Shown here piece after piece: positions 1-14,286 of a DNA stretch of 64,000 bases. Source of the stretch: Tubulanus polymorphus (lineage: Eukaryota; Animalia; Nemertea). The stretch is taken from positions 12,674,850 through 12,738,849 of the forward strand of contig NC_134029.1 of assembly GCF_964204645.1 (NCBI RefSeq), given 5' to 3'. How positions within the stretch are numbered: position 1 is the stretch's first letter; every line of letters begins with the position of its first letter. Made by a program: the position numbers and the translations under genes. Below the pieces are notes generated by a model. The model did not search any database, had not been told where the DNA came from, and saw only the letters and a list, made by a program, of their open reading frames with translations.

Positions 1-956
1 TGATATCCTTGTGTAAGCTAAGAGCACAGTGATCTGGAGCTAGGCAGTGCTATCTCATGTGTCCGTAGTGACCTATTTGTGGTGTGGAATAATTGATTTT
101 AGAAGGACTACAACTGTAGATCCATAATAGAAATATGAAAAGTACCAGGAATCGAACTGTCTATCAAAATTGGGTCATCAAGTGCTGCCACCATGTGATA
201 CTGGCAACTAGTCTTTACATCGTCAAGTGTTTCAAAATGTTTTTTGATAACTTTAGGACATTTATTGTGATTTCGTATCCTACGTAACCGTTGGATATCA
301 TATTTAAAGGATTTATCGTGACGAAATATAGTAAGTAAAAATGGCGAACCTCCCTTGAGGACGACGTGGTCAACTGAATTAAAATTAAATATGAGCGAAT
401 AGGATTGGCTGTTTTTATCTCGGGCGAAGCCCGAGATGTTGTAATGGGTCCAAAATTGAATTTTTGCTAACAAATGAGGTTATAACTTTGACACGAAGTC
501 ATGCAATCTACTAAGTTTATGTTCAAAATGTAGCTTCATGCGGTTAAAATCTGTTGGAAATGAAATTTTGAATATCACATCCATTTAAGAGAAATCGACG
601 AATTTGTGGCGATTTTTAATGAAATTTCAAGGAGCATTTTTTTTTCATAAAACGGCTGTAAAATAACCGCTCCCTGGGGTTGGCTGAGCTCCCGCTGGCA
701 ATCAATGTAAGGGCATATTCGATTGACGCAGACAAACCGGTTGTTTAATCTTCTCATCTATTAATCTGCTCGGTTCTAGTTTCTCATTTCCCAGTCATGG
801 GAGAGTCTTATATGTTTATTTTTGATTTGATAGCCGTAGTATCGATTCCGTCTCCCCATATCTATTTCATTATGCAAATAACCAGAGATTCAATCGATAC
901 GCTACTTCGCTGATGATTATGCGCGCACAATCAAATAGTCCCAAACCTCGTGTATA

Positions 957-1761
957 CGGGATATCGACAAATTCAAGTTCTTGAATTACTCGTTTGATGG
1001 CGCTAGTCAGAATCGGAAATTGGAACCTAAATCCGCCATGCTCTAGTTCATTTGCAATTCAAATCTCTCGCCTCAAATTTTCAATGAGCGATATTTTACT
1101 TACTATTTATCGTCACGCATAATCCTTGAAAAATGTTATCCTACCGCTACGTTGGATATGATAAACCCTCACTGCGAAGGCTAGATATCACTATAAATGT
1201 TCAAAATTTTCAAAAAACATTTTGCTACGGCTGACTATGTAAAGACTGGTTGCCTGGTGGCAGCACTTGACGGCCCAATTAAGATTGTTGGTTCGAGTCC
1301 TGGTATTTTTCATATTTTTATTATGAATCTACGAGTTTATTCCTTCTAAAATCAATTTTATTTCATAATATTATTTCATATTTATCAGTGTTGCTGCAAT
1401 AAATTAACCTTAGAGTCTTGAACTCAACAACAAAGTGATGACACCCGGCATCAGTCGTTACTTCCATTATCTGCTTCGAACGTCATCGCTAAATTAGTTA
1501 TTTTTGGTAGTTTTTTGACATTTCTAGTAATCTTTAGCTTTCGAAGTGAGGTTTTATCGAATTCAACACATTGTCAGGATATCATACTCAAAAGATTATG
1601 CGTGCCGTTATATAGTAAGTAAAATATTGCTAACTAAAAACTTGAAGCGAGAGATTTTTATTGCAAATGAACTAGAACATGGCGGATTTAGGTTCGAATT
1701 TCCGGTTCTGACTAGCGCCATCAAACGAGTAATTCAAGAACTTGAATTTGTCGATATCCCG
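957..1761. mobile_element. MITE with ~130-bp terminal inverted repeats and TA target duplication (Tc1/mariner-like)
   Basis: TA-CGGGATATCGACAAATTCAAGTTCTTGAATTACTCG... at 955 is mirrored by ...CGAGTAATTCAAGAACTTGAATTTGTCGATATCCCG-TA ending at 1763. Confidence 0.75.
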
Positions 1762-2513
1762 TATTGCCGCGAAGATTGCTGATTAGATTCGATGATATTG
1801 TTCACCGAAATCAGCAGATTTTACACATCCATGAAGTGTTCAAGGAAAACCTTACAGATGCATCAATCAGGTGGTGCCTATACATTACAAAGATAACATT
1901 CTGCGCCCGAGATATTAAGATCTGTGGATCTCTTGTTTTTGATAAAAACGGCCGACCGACCGACCCACTGTCGACGTATGAGCTATATATGTTTGAATTC
2001 AAGTGTGCATCGTGTGAAAACATGGCTTGACATGTGGCCTAGTTTAAGTTTTCCAGGAAACTGGCAGTGTTCCAATAAGCTGCTATTCATTCTAATAGTG
2101 ACTATATTAAAACTGGTAACATAAAAGCGCGCACATATTCAATGTACTGTTTCATTTTTAACACAGAGATGACAAAGGACAAAGTTATAATTTTTGAATA
2201 ATTCTTGAAATCTACGCTATTAGACAAATTTCCCGTGCACTACGTAGATGATTTTTTGTGACATATATTGAAAATATAAAATAGTTTCCCCGCCGCGCCT
2301 ACCTGTACCCTACAAAATCTTAGACGTGGACCGTTAACAAATGTTTATCTTTGGTCTTATCTGACTACAAAATAATTCTTTAAGAAAGATAAAATACAAT
2401 ATAAACTTGTGGAACTTTGAAGTCACGTATTAAAAAGATTTTTCAAGCAATGCCCTTATTCCAAACAACCTCTAGCTTTCAAGGTAAACCACACTTTGCC
2501 CATGGGCAATTTA

Positions 2514-4157
2514 TTTAGCTCTGCTGTGACTGAAGGTCAGTGGAGCTGATGGGTTAGAGTGATTATCCGTCTTCGTAGTCTGTCCGTCCGTCCACTTTTG
2601 TTTCAATTTGCTAGGGTTCTTTTCTGATCTTGACCAAACTTGGTATATAGCTATTATGCAGAGATGAGAATTCCCCGCGGATCCGCGGTTTCCCGCGGAT
2701 TTCAGTATTGAAAAATATCAATTTTCCAAATAGTCCAAAAATGATGTAAAAGTATGGGGGGGGGGTGATGATCTCACTCAATTGGTCCGGCGCGATCGGT
2801 AATCAGGTGAACCGTAAAAGCGTTCAGTGCCTGTTTTACTTATCGTCACGTAAAAGTATCGCATTTCAATGCATATTCATTGCAACACAGTGATTTTGTA
2901 TGTACATTTGTACTACGATTAGTTTGTATGTATTTTATCGATCGGTTGCAGACATGCACGCACAGCAACAGTAGTAACGTATATAGGTCTACTTACTGTT
3001 GCTGCGTGTGTGTGGCGAACGCTTTCGGATATTATACACTACTTGGTGATGATTTTTAGTGAGCATTCATCGGCGCATTTTTACTGCAATAATTCAGGGC
3101 TCGACCCGTAATGCATGAGATGCTGAATGTCATCAAATGAGGATGTACCACATTGGAACTAGCCATTACCTTCCAAAATATAATAGTCGTTCATGGGTTC
3201 GAGATCGCTCTAAGTGCTCGGAAAACGTATTTAATTTCTAAAATTTTCTTGGGGGAGGGCCCCCAAACCCCCCCTAAATAGCTTCGCGCCTTCGGCGCTC
3301 GCTAGTGCTGACGGCTACGCCGTCAGCTGGTTCGCGTATGTCACTCAAGAAAAATAACCCGCGGATTTTACAGGTCGGCGTTCTCATCCCTGATTATGGG
3401 TCAAGCGCTAAAAAGTTAAAGAGCCGTTTTCCCGATTTGATCTCTAGGTGCGCTGTACGGTTGGCGCTTGTAAAATCTTTGAATCGCTACTTGTCCTACA
3501 ATTACAGTCCAATGTTTACGAAACTTGGTATGTAGATACAATGGGCCAAGGGCTAAAAAGTTATAGAGCGGTTTCCCAAATTATATCGGTGCGCTGTACG
3601 GGTGGTGCTCGTAAAATCTTTAAATCGCTACTTGTCCTGCAATTACAATCCGATTTTGACGAAACTTGGTTAATAGATACTACAGGCCAAGGGACAAAAT
3701 GTTATAGAGCCGTTTTCCCAATATGACCTTTAGGTGTCACTGTACAGGTCACACTTGTAAAATCTTTAGATCGCTACTAGTCCTACAATTATAATCCGAT
3801 CTTGACGAAACTTACACGAAATGTAGATTCTAAGCCTATGGGCCTAGGGCTAGGATTGTCCTGCAATCATTGTCCGATGTTGAGGAAACTTGGTATATCC
3901 ATATTATGGGCCAAGGTTATTGAGCTGTTTTCCCAATTTGACCTCAGGGGGTGCTGTACAGGTCACACTTTCAATTGCTATTAGTCCTACTATCATTATC
4001 CGATCTTCATTAAGCTTGGTATGTAGATACTATGGGCCAAGGGCTAAAAAGTTATAGAGCTGTTTTCTGGATTTGAACACTTGAGCGTGCTGTGCTGGTG
4101 GTCTTTGTAAAATCTTATCATAAAACAGCAGAGCTGACAGCTGACAGGCTGCTTGTT
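2514..4157 (+). mobile_element. Helentron-type non-autonomous element (HINE family C) with internal tandem repeats
   Basis: Starts in a T-run with TTAGCTCTGCTG, followed by a GTCC microsatellite and repeated GAAACTTGGTAT...TATGGGCCAAGG units. The subterminal inverted repeat CAGCAGAGCT lies near the 3' end, which finishes GCTTGTT. Confidence 0.6.
2659..3392. mobile_element. hAT-like MITE nested in HINE-C
   Basis: TIRs CAGAGATGAGAA / TTCTCATCCCTG flanked by an ATTATG duplication; a second, truncated copy starts at 17301. Confidence 0.6.
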
Positions 4158-4479
4158 TCAGGATAGGAAAACGAATTTAACTGAGTATTTGTTCTTACCA
4201 ACCATAATCTGCGTTAGTTGAAAAATTCAATTGCACTGTGTAAATCACATTCAGCAAATATTGTGCACATTCGCAAATTGAGGTAGATTTATGATGAAGA
4301 CGATGGATGTGCTGACCGTAGTGCACCAGGCCTACTGGTAAAATGAACCAATTTGCACGATTAAGAGTTGTAAGATTTTTACCAATATTGCAAACAGGAA
4401 CAAGTGCTCCTTGTGTTCCCATCTGGGTACATCTCTGGATGTAGCTATTGTTTGGTTATAATTTTACACCACTTTTCAG

Positions 4480-4529
4480 AATTATGACAGTGCTTTGAGA
4501 GTGTTGCAACAGTCTGATCAAATAGATTG
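4480..4529 (+). CDS. COPE: Coatomer subunit epsilon, internal exon (NYDSALRVLQQSDQID-C)
   Basis: ttttcag acceptor and gtaagt donor; the peptide matches the COPE region NPDAALRALHQGDSLEC; phase 2 joins the exon at 16967. Confidence 0.85.
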
Positions 4530-5570
4530 GTAAGTATTAACATGTATTAGAATTTCCAACACAACAATTGTTACTCTAGTATGTGACCACTTTCCAGTTC
4601 CTATATTTACTATAAGTAGCCTTTCGTTTTTGTGGTCAATTTTTGTCTGTCAAGACCGAATTCAATGATTTTGTCACCCCAGTTAAGCCTTTCAGTACTG
4701 GCCTTATTCCAACCCACTGTACTGAGCCAGAAATCGAAAATTTTGGTCATTTTACTTAAACCCCTGGGATAAAGATACCCTTAGTGGTTATTAAAGGTGT
4801 TATTTACCCACAGAGGGCAACATAGTGGCCAAAAATCTCAAATGAAATTCGGATATCCTACCAATTGCTAAACAAAGCCTGCTCTTCTATTCTAGGAATA
4901 CGATGTTTAGGAGGGTTAAAGTGCAATAGGCCTAAGCCTCCTGAAGATTTTTTTGAAAAGCTGTTAGCATTCGTCTGAGCCGGCAGCTTTATAAACCGTA
5001 GTTTTCATTTGAGTTTATTCACCATTAATGAAACTGGTATTTTATTAATCCCGGATGACTTCAGTTATTTCGGAGCCCTGGATGATATAAGATCGTTATT
5101 TCGTTCGGACAAAAACCTTTTTGTCAAAACAAAATTTCTCTTTGGAACTTTTAAAACATTCAATGCAGTAATAAAAGCTCTAACCCTATTGAATTTCTTG
5201 GGAATCAGTTGCTTATTTATCAATTTAGTTATTTATTTGTTGTTGGAACTACATTTCGTTTCGGAAGAACACATGCCTTTTTACGACTTCACACACGTAC
5301 TCGATACAGACTTGCTGCTATGTGATGTATTGATCTGTTCATGTATATGAAAGCGCGCCTTGCGCGTGGCTTAGTTAGAGTTCCTGGAAACTGCAGATGA
5401 TTCAACTGCCAGGGTTTGTTGCGGCTGGCCGTGAAAAGCAGTGAATTTTTATCTTAGACCTTTAGCGGAATAGTCCTATGATTTTATAGAAGGGCAGTAA
5501 AATTGGGAACTTGGAAATTGTTCAATTTATGAAAATAAATTGTCTAACAAACTGTGTAGGCTGCCTACAC

Positions 5571-5687
5571 CACAGTGGCTCGTATTTGAAGTTTTGGGGT
5601 GAACTGTAGCTTAGATCATCCAGTACCCTAGTACCAGGATGATCTAAGCTACAGTTCACCCCCAAATTTCAAATACGAGCCCCTGTG
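5571..5687. mobile_element. 117-bp hairpin MITE with 8-bp TSD (P-element-like CACAG ends)
   Basis: CACAGTGGCTCGTATTTGAA...TTCAAATACGAGCCCCTGTG flanked by GCCTACAC on both sides; the paralogous site near 11550 lacks it. Confidence 0.75.
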
Positions 5688-6569
5688 GCCTACACAGTGT
5701 ATTGAAATCGTCACACCATGAACGTGATGAGTCTATTCAGTGGGAAAACCCGCTTCCATGTATTTTCATGATGAATCCTCATGCAGTTGTGTGTAATGGA
5801 GATCTAGACAGTTTTTCATGAAAACTTGTGGATTCAATCGAGGGGGACATCTTAGGCTTTTTGGTTAACCTTTGTCAGCGATATGATGTTGGCATTGAGC
5901 CAATTCATGTAAAATCGCGGTACGTTTTTTAATGTGAGCATTTGTTTCATTGGTTCTCGGCTTAAACGACGTATAATCGATGCGATTGAAGACATGGCGA
6001 ACCTCCGTCGATGACATGATCAACTGAGTTAAAATTCTTCGAAAAACTATTTTATGCGGGAAAATTCTTAGCTCTCATGTATAAAATTGCAATGACCTCG
6101 ATTGGGGGGCGTCGTCTCTACGAGCAAATGGGATTGGCTGTTTTTGGGATATGCGGCGCTACTAAAATAATTATGGGAAAGCCATAGAATGGTTTACGTT
6201 TCATTGGACTAGGTGCCGTATACGTGCAAATTTCAAATGCTCATTGCTGGTGAGGATGTAATTATTTCACACATCCGCCATAGGTATTGTTTCATTTTAA
6301 TACCCGGTGATTGTTTTGATCGACATTGAAGTGTAAGCGAACATTCACTTACACGAGGCCTCTACGTGCGCGCGGAGTGCTACACGACACACACACAAGC
6401 TCGTGCAGTACACTACTAAAGGTGATGCTGTAACACGTGCACGTTTGACATGAAAATAGGCTGAATAATCGTAGCAGAAGATAAGCGCTGTGTTTTCTGT
6501 TAAGTAGAATTTGTAATAAATTGTAATTTCTTGTGATTGGAAAATATTGGCTCAAGTAGGTCAATAAAC

Positions 6570-9500
6570 TTTCGGGGTCATGTAGCTCCTCGAGGGAATA
6601 CTGGAAAATAGTCAAGAATTTAAGACGTGATGAGAGAATGGATCTACCTCACGAGATAACTAATCCTGATAAGTTCATCAATCACTTTTGTAAGCTAAAC
6701 CAATCTAAAAACAAGTCAACTGATGAAGCTAATTTGAATGATTCAACGCAAGGTACCCCGAATATCTTTACTGAACTGGACTTCCCAATTTCTTTAGATG
6801 AAGTAGAATGTGCTTTGACTGCTCTGAAGAATGGCAAGTCACCTGGCTTTGATGGGATCACAAACAAATTTTTGAAATATGGAAAACAGTTTTTACTGGC
6901 ACCATTAGTGAAATTATTCAACTTTATATATTCAAGTGGCTGCTTTCCAGATGAATGGGCAAAAGGGTCTTGTGGTTCCTTTAAATAAAAAATGGGATAT
7001 TAAGAACCCAGACAACTACAGGGGCATCACCCTGAGTAGTGTCTAGGTAAACCATACTATTCAACCTAATTTTAAATAAGCGACTTCTCGGAGCCATTCA
7101 AGAAAAGGATATCATAGCCAAAAACCAAACAGGCTTCATGCCAAGATGTAGAATTACGGATCATCTATTTACATTAAAAAGGTTAATCGATAAAAAACCG
7201 TCTGCTAATAAGAATTTGTACACTTGCTTTATGGTCAAAACTGATTTAGGGGCTATCAAGGAAATATCCTAAGCCCAATGCTTTTTAGCCCACTTGGGAC
7301 TTTAGCCCCAGCGGGCTATTGCGTTCACTTTTCGTCCGTCCGTTCGTCCGTCCGTTGGTCCGTTCGTCCGTCCGTCCGTAGACGGAATCCAGTTATTTTG
7401 GGAAGTTTTGAAGACGCTTCAAGGTAATGTCTTGATATTTGGGTTACACATGTATCTACCCTAGACACATCTTCAGCCCAAAAACTGGCCCTGTCAGAAT
7501 CAAGATGGCCGACTAGCAGCCATTGTTGTTCGCCAAAATCAGCACTTTTTACACATTTTTGAACTTTTTGAGGGAAATTTTGAAGACGCTTTGATCAATT
7601 ACCTTGGTCTTTCGGATATATGTGAATCCCCCAGGGCCCATCAACATAACAAAAATTGGGTCGGTCGGACTCAAGATGGCCGTCCTATGACCTTTTTAGT
7701 GCCCAAAAATGTTAAATTTGGCCCGAATTCTGAGTCCTGTAGCTTCCTACTGGTTTGCCATTTCTCATTGCAATTTGTGATGGGTATTCTATGGAAAGGG
7801 ATGTTTTATACCTGAGACAGGTATTTTTCATCAGCCAATTATGACGCAATTGGCAGCCATCTTTGTGTCACCAGTACTCATTCGTAAGTGGGAAAAAGTT
7901 TTTCCACATTATATTGATACCTAAGCGTATTTTGCTACCACAATCAATTAGAAAGTTGTAGCTCATAACGTGTTCTATGATTGTGGTGAGTTTCAAGGTA
8001 ATTGGATTTCGTATATGGCCACCAGGGGGCGTTGAATAATACAATATCTTAGCATTTCTTTATTATATTCGTTATTTTAAGGACATTAGTTTTTCTATAT
8101 GGTCACCAGGGGGCGTTGAATAGTAGAATAACTTAGTATTTCCTTATTATATTGGTACCTAGGCATATTTTGTTATCAAAATCAATTACAAAATCGTAGC
8201 TGCTGACATGTTCTATGATTGTGGTGAGTTTCAAGGTCGTTGGTTTTTGTAAATGGTCACCAGGGGGCATTGAATATTGAAATTGTTAGATTGTTGAGCA
8301 TTTGAAACCACTTCCCAAGTGGGCATGGTGTCCCTGGACCCCTAGTTAATCTATATATAAACGACGTTGTGTCTTCATTTAATGATGATTGTGATCCTGT
8401 CAAACTACGTGATACTCTAATTAACCGCTTACTTCATGCTGATGATATAGTTTTAATCTCTCAGTCGTAGGAAGGTTTACAAAGATGTATTGATCAATTA
8501 ACAGACTATTGTAGCAAGTGGAAACTAGATGTTAATATAGAGAATAGTTAAGTGATAAATTTTAATAAAAGGGGCCAAATTCCTATAAATGTTAATTTCA
8601 GCATGGGGAGTGAAACATTAGAAATTGTCAAGGAATACAAATATCTTGGGTTAATATTTTCAAGCTCGGGCAGTTTTGTAAAAGCCAAAAATCATCTTTT
8701 CTGCTCTGCAAACCGAGCTCTGTTGTCGATACAAAAGATGATTGGAGTGAAAAATTGCTCCCCCGAAGTGTCACTTAAACTTTTTGATACCTTAGTGACT
8801 CCTATCTTGCTGTATGGGTGTGAAATCTGGCTTCCTAGCTTGAGTTTATCAGGAAAAATAACAGTTTTCCACTTGAAGAAACTTTTGAAAAGTATGATCA
8901 CCTTAATAAACTTCTATTCAAATTTTGCAAATTTATACTGAAGGTCAATAGAAAACCTCCAATGCTGCCGCTTTTGAAGAGCTTGGTTAATTCCCTCTAT
9001 ACATAACAGCGTGTCTAAGAATCTTCAACTTTTGGCAACACATGAAGAAAGTGGATGGACTAGCTCACGTAGCGTATTCAGATGTTAAACTAGGTCGCCA
9101 AAATAATAATGATTGGAACAGTTTTCTGACATCTATCCTTTCAATTCTTAATAGACAGGCCCTTTTTGAATGCGATGAACTTTCTCCAAATATTACTGAA
9201 ATTAAGCATTTGCTACGTGAGCATTATAGAATATATTGGGGTTCGAAAATACGCGTCAACAAAAAATTGGCCGACTGCTATGCTCTGGTCAAACAGGAAT
9301 TTTGTTTGGAAAAATATCTAATACTCAATATTCCAAAAGACTATATATCTGCCTTGTCCAGACTAAAAGTCGGCGCTCACTTGCTACTTATTGAGAGGGG
9401 CAGGCGTAGAAAAATACCCAAGGCAGATAGACTTTGCACCGTATGTAGGGAAGTTGAAACTGAATTCCATTTTATCATGGTGTGATCTAGACCAATTCAG

Positions 9501-9580
9501 GATTTTACTTTCTAATCATCTATTAGCTAGTAATGTAGGCAAATTTTTAGACCAAGGATTTAAAGGCTTGCACACGATTT
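6570..9580 (+). mobile_element. Degraded non-LTR retrotransposon ORF2 (RTEX/CR1-like RT), split by a HINE
   Basis: Motifs KSPGFDGI, NYRGITL, NQTGF, LSPMLF|NLYIND, LHADD, YKYLG, LLYGCEIW and C-terminal LLIERGR...CTVC...ETEFHF; frameshifts, stops and an internal deletion. Confidence 0.85.
7284..8347 (+). mobile_element. HINE family A (DINE-1-like non-autonomous Helentron), full length
   Basis: Inserted in a T-run within the LINE RT with no TSD; removal restores MLF-NLYIND. 5' TTTAGCCCACTTGGGA, (CGTC)n microsatellite, ~120-bp internal repeats with CACCAGGGGGCGTTGAA, 3' TCCCAAGTGGGC...CCCCTAGTT. Confidence 0.8.
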
Positions 9581-11745
9581 AATTCTATATCCACTTTTTC
9601 CATACATGTAAATATTTTGAGATTTGGTAAGTTGCATTTGTTTCTATTTCATTGTTGTCCTATGTTTCAAAAATATTTTATGAACACCATGCGTTACAGT
9701 ACCGTAGACAGAGCTGTTGTAGATTGTATCAGAAACGTTCCCATATATACACCAGATTTAAGATATGATATATGGCTACATTCCAGGATAGTTTTCGTTG
9801 GTTCAGATTAGAGCATTGAGGTCATGTGATCAATGTCGGCCATCTAAGATTCGAAAAGGAAAATTTCTGTAATTGAATCCTGGAAAAAAATTAATCCTCA
9901 AGAAAGAGCCAATTCCCATACTGAAATAGATAACACTTCTTTTCATTGATATGATGTCATTAGAAATTTATTCAAACGAATTGAGCCAATTCATGTAAAA
10001 TCGCGGTACGTTTTTTTATGTGAGCATTTTTTTCATTGGTTCTCGGGTTAAACGACGTATAATCGATGCGATTGAAGACATGACGGACCTCCGTCGATGA
10101 CATGGTCAACTTTGTTTAAATTCTACGAAAAACTGTTTTTGGCGGGAAAATTCTTAGCTCTTGCGTATAAAATTGCAATGACCTCGATTGGGGGGCGAAT
10201 GTGATTGGCTGTTTTTGGTATATACGGGGAATTCCGGCACTACTAAAATAATTATGGGAAAGCCATTAATGGCGAACGTTTCATTTGACTAGTTGCCGTA
10301 TATGTGCAAATTTTAAATGCTCATTGCCGGTGAGAATATAATTATTTCACATATTGCCATAGGTATTGTTTCATTTTAATACCCGGTGATTGTGTTGATT
10401 GAGAGTGAACGTTCACTACACAAGGCCTCCACGTTGGAGTGCTAGTGCACACAAACACACGCTCACAGACTACTATATGGTGATGCTGTAACGCTGCTTG
10501 GCGCGTTTACGCTTGGTATGATAACAGGCTGAATAATCGTCGTAGCAGATTAGCGCTGTGTTTTCTGTTTGATAGAATTTGTAATAATTTGTAATTTCTT
10601 GTGACCTGAAAATACTAAGCAGCAAACTATAGGCATAGGTTGAGGTCTGAATATTGTGTAGTGGTAAATTCCAGGATTTAAAACGATCTAATGCTACGCC
10701 CCTATGTATTAGCTTCCGCGGCCATACATTGGAAGAGGTTTCGTTTCCAAGACTCAATATTCAGCCACCCTCTGATATGTGACATCATATGAATTTCCTT
10801 TGTATATTTTTTCATATTGTGAAAAATATTTTTTTGAAAATATAAAATAGTTTCCCTGCTGCGCCTACCTGTACCCTACGAAATTTTGAACGTAGACCAT
10901 GAATAAATGTTTATCTTTGGTCTTATTTGACTAAGATAACATAAAATATAAACTAGAACTTTGAATTCACCAATTAAAAAGACTTTTCAAGCAATATCCT
11001 TACTCCAAACAACCTCTAGCTTTCAATGTAATGTGCCTTTTAGGATGTTTTGCTATTTGAACGTCCTTTTTTATGGACTTTCGCTTTAGTGAAGTCCATT
11101 TTGTTATCGCATATGAAACTTTCTTCCTTTGGTACAAAATAGCTTCAAAACAAGGCTTAGTTTCTCTTTGGAACTTTGAAAACATTCAATACAGTGATAA
11201 AAGCTCTAACCCTATTGAATTCCATCAGAATCATTTGCTTATTTATCAATTTAGTTATTTATTTGTTTTTGGAACTATATTTCATTTCGGAAGAACACAT
11301 GCCCTTTTACGTATATTCATGCTTCACACACGTGCTCGTTACTGACTTGCTGCTATGTGAAGTATTGATTTGTGCATGTATATGAAAAGCGCGCCCTGCG
11401 CATGGCCTAGTTAAAGTACTCTAAAAACTGCAAATGATTCAACTGCCAGGGTTCTTCGTGGCTGGCCGTGAAAAGCAGTGAATTTTATAGAAGGGCGGTA
11501 AAATTGGGAACTTTGAAATTGTTCAATTTACGAAAATAATTGTCTTCATACACAGTGTATAGAAATTGTCACACCATGAACATGGAGAGTTTCTATTTGA
11601 GTCAGTGGGGAAAACCCGCTAGCATGTGTATTCATGATAAATCGTCATGCAGTTGTGTGTGATGGAGATCGTATCAATAGACAGATTGAAACCATGAAAT
11701 CATGAAACCTTCTGGATTTAATCAAGGGGGACATCTTATGCTTTT

Positions 11746-13075
11746 TTTAGCCCACTTGGAAATTTAGTCCCAGCGGGCTATTGCGTTCACTTTTCGTCCG
11801 TCGTCCGTCCGTACACGGAATTCAGTTATTTAGGGAAGTTTTAAGACGCTTCAAGGTAATGTCTTGATATTTGGTTTATACATGTATCTACCCTAGACAC
11901 ATCTTCAGCCCAAAAACTGGCCCTGTCAGATTCAAGATGGCCGACTGGCAGCCATTGTTGTTCGCCAAAATCAGCACTTTTTATACATTTTCGAAGTTTT
12001 TGAGGGAAATTTTGAAGACGCTTTGATCAATTACCTTGATCTTTAGTTTATATTTGAATCTACCAAGGGCCCATCAGCATAAGAAAAATTGGGTCGATCT
12101 GACTCAAGATGGCTGTCCTATGACCTTTTTAGTGCCCAAAAATATCAATTTTGGCCAGAATTCTTGGTCCTGTAGCTTCCTACTGGTTTGCCATTTCTCT
12201 TGCAATTTGTGATGGGTATTCATTTTAAAGGGATGTTTTATACTTGAGACATGTATTTTTGATCAGCCAATTATGACGTAATTGGCGGCCATTTTGGTGT
12301 CGTCAGTACTCATTCGTAGGTGGGAAAAAGTTTTTCCACATTAAATTGATACCTAAGCATATTGTGTCAATATATTCAATTGGAAAGTTGTAGCCCATAA
12401 CGTGTTCTATGATTTTGATGAATTTCAATGTCATTGGTTTTTGTATTTGGCCACCAGGGGGCGTTGAATAATACAATAACTTAGTATTTCTATTTTATAT
12501 TTGTACCTATGCATATTTTGTTACCACAATCAATTGCAAAGTTGTAGCTCATGACATCTTCCATGATATTGGTGAGTTTTAAGGACATAAGTTATTCTAT
12601 ATGGTCACCAGGGGGCGTTGAATAGTAGAATAACTTAGTATTTCCTTATTAGATTGGTACCTAGGCATATTTTGTTACCATGATCAATTGCAAAGTTGTA
12701 GTTCATGACATCGTCTATGATTGTGGTGAGTTTTTAAGGACATTAGTTATTCCATATAGTCACCAGGGGGCGTTGAATAGTAGAAATTCTTAGTATTTCC
12801 TTGTTAGATTGGTATCTAGGTATATTTTGTTACCATGATCGATCGCAAAGTTGTATTTCATGACATGTACTACGATTGTGGTGAGTTTTATGGTCACCAG
12901 GGGGTGTTGAATAGCTGAATAACTTAGTGTTTCCATATTGAATTGGTAACGAGGCCTATTTTGTCATCACAATCAATTACAAAATCATAGCTGCTGACAT
13001 GTTCTATGATTGTGGTGGGTTTCAAGGTCATTGGTTTTTGTATATGGTCACTAGGGGGCGTTATGTATCGAAATT
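11746..13075 (+). mobile_element. HINE family A copy, 3' end missing
   Basis: Same 5' end and internal repeats as 7284-8347. Confidence 0.75.
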
Positions 13076-13225
13076 GCCAATGTTTAATTTTGATGCTGAT
13101 TAAACATACACTCATGAAAATTTAGGAAAGTCTGTATTAAGAATTTCGTTTCTTGTTAGAATATATGATAGTCTTTGACTCTTGCCCTTAAGAGCACTTC
13201 TGTAATATGATTGAATGTGCCCTCT

Positions 13226-14285
13226 TTTTAGCCCACTTGAGATTTTAGTCCCAGCGGGCTATTGCTTTCACTTTTTGTCCGTCGTCCGTCTGTCCGTTTG
13301 TAGACGTAATCCAGTTATTTTGGGAAGTTTTAAAGACGCTTCAATGTAATGTCTTGATATTTGGGTTACATATGTATCTCCCCTAGACACATCTTCAGCC
13401 CAAGAATTGGCCTTGTCAGAATCAAGATGGCCGACTGGCAGCCACTTTTTGCGGGAAATTTTGAAGACGCTTTGATAAATTACCTTGATCTTTCATATAT
13501 ATTTGAATCCCCCCAGGGCCCATCACCATAACGAAAATTGGGTCGATTGGACTGAAGATGGCCATCGTATGACCTTTTTAGTGCCCAAAAATGTGAATTT
13601 TGGCCCAAATTCTGAGTTCTGTAGCTTCCTACTGGTTTGCCATTTCTCATTGCAATTTGTGATGGGTATTCTTTGAAAAGGTATCTTTTATACTTGAGAC
13701 AGGTATTTTTGATCAGCCAATTATGACACAATTGGCGGCCATTTTGGTGTCATCGGTACTGATTCATAGGTGGGAGAAGGTTTTTCCATATTATATTGAT
13801 ACCTAAGCATATCGTGTTACCACAATCGATTGGAAAGTTGTAGCTCATAACGTGTTCTATGATTTTGGTGAGTTTCAAGGTCAATTGTTTTTATATATAG
13901 CCACCGGGGGGCGTTGAATAATACAATAACTTTGTATTTCTATATTATATTTGTACCTATGCATATTTTGTTACCTCAATCAATTGCTCATGACATCATC
14001 TATGATTGTGGTGAGTTTTAAGGACATTAGTTATTCTATATGGTCACCAGTGGGCGTTGAATAGTAGAATAAATTAGTATTTCCTTATAAGATCGGTACC
14101 AAGGCATATGTTGTCACCATGATCAATTGGAAAGTTGTAGTTCATGACATGTTCTATGATTTTGGTGAGTTTCAAGGTCATTGGTTTTTGTTTATGGTCA
14201 CCAGGTGGCGTTGAATGTTGAAATTGTTAGATAGTTGATCATTTGAAACCACTTCCAAGTGGGCTGGTGTCCCTGGACCCCTAGT
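13226..14285 (+). mobile_element. HINE family A copy
   Basis: Both termini recognisable; a further 3' fragment lies at ~15187-15507. Confidence 0.75.
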
Positions 14286-14286
14286 A

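Noticed and set aside
108-473. 121-aa minus-strand ORF
   Set aside because: No recognisable motif or splice context, and a non-ATG start; probably inside a COPE intron.
1245-1305. tRNA gene suggested by the B-box GGTTCGAGTCC (similar boxes at ~56790 and ~58890)
   Set aside because: No convincing cloverleaf stems; at most degenerate tRNA-derived remnants inside repeats.
7591-7815. Recurrent short ORFs (MTFLVPKNV.., also at 13485, 28460, 29329 and 60071) as a gene family
   Set aside because: They are translations of the non-coding HINE-A repeat, with inconsistent frames and stops between copies.
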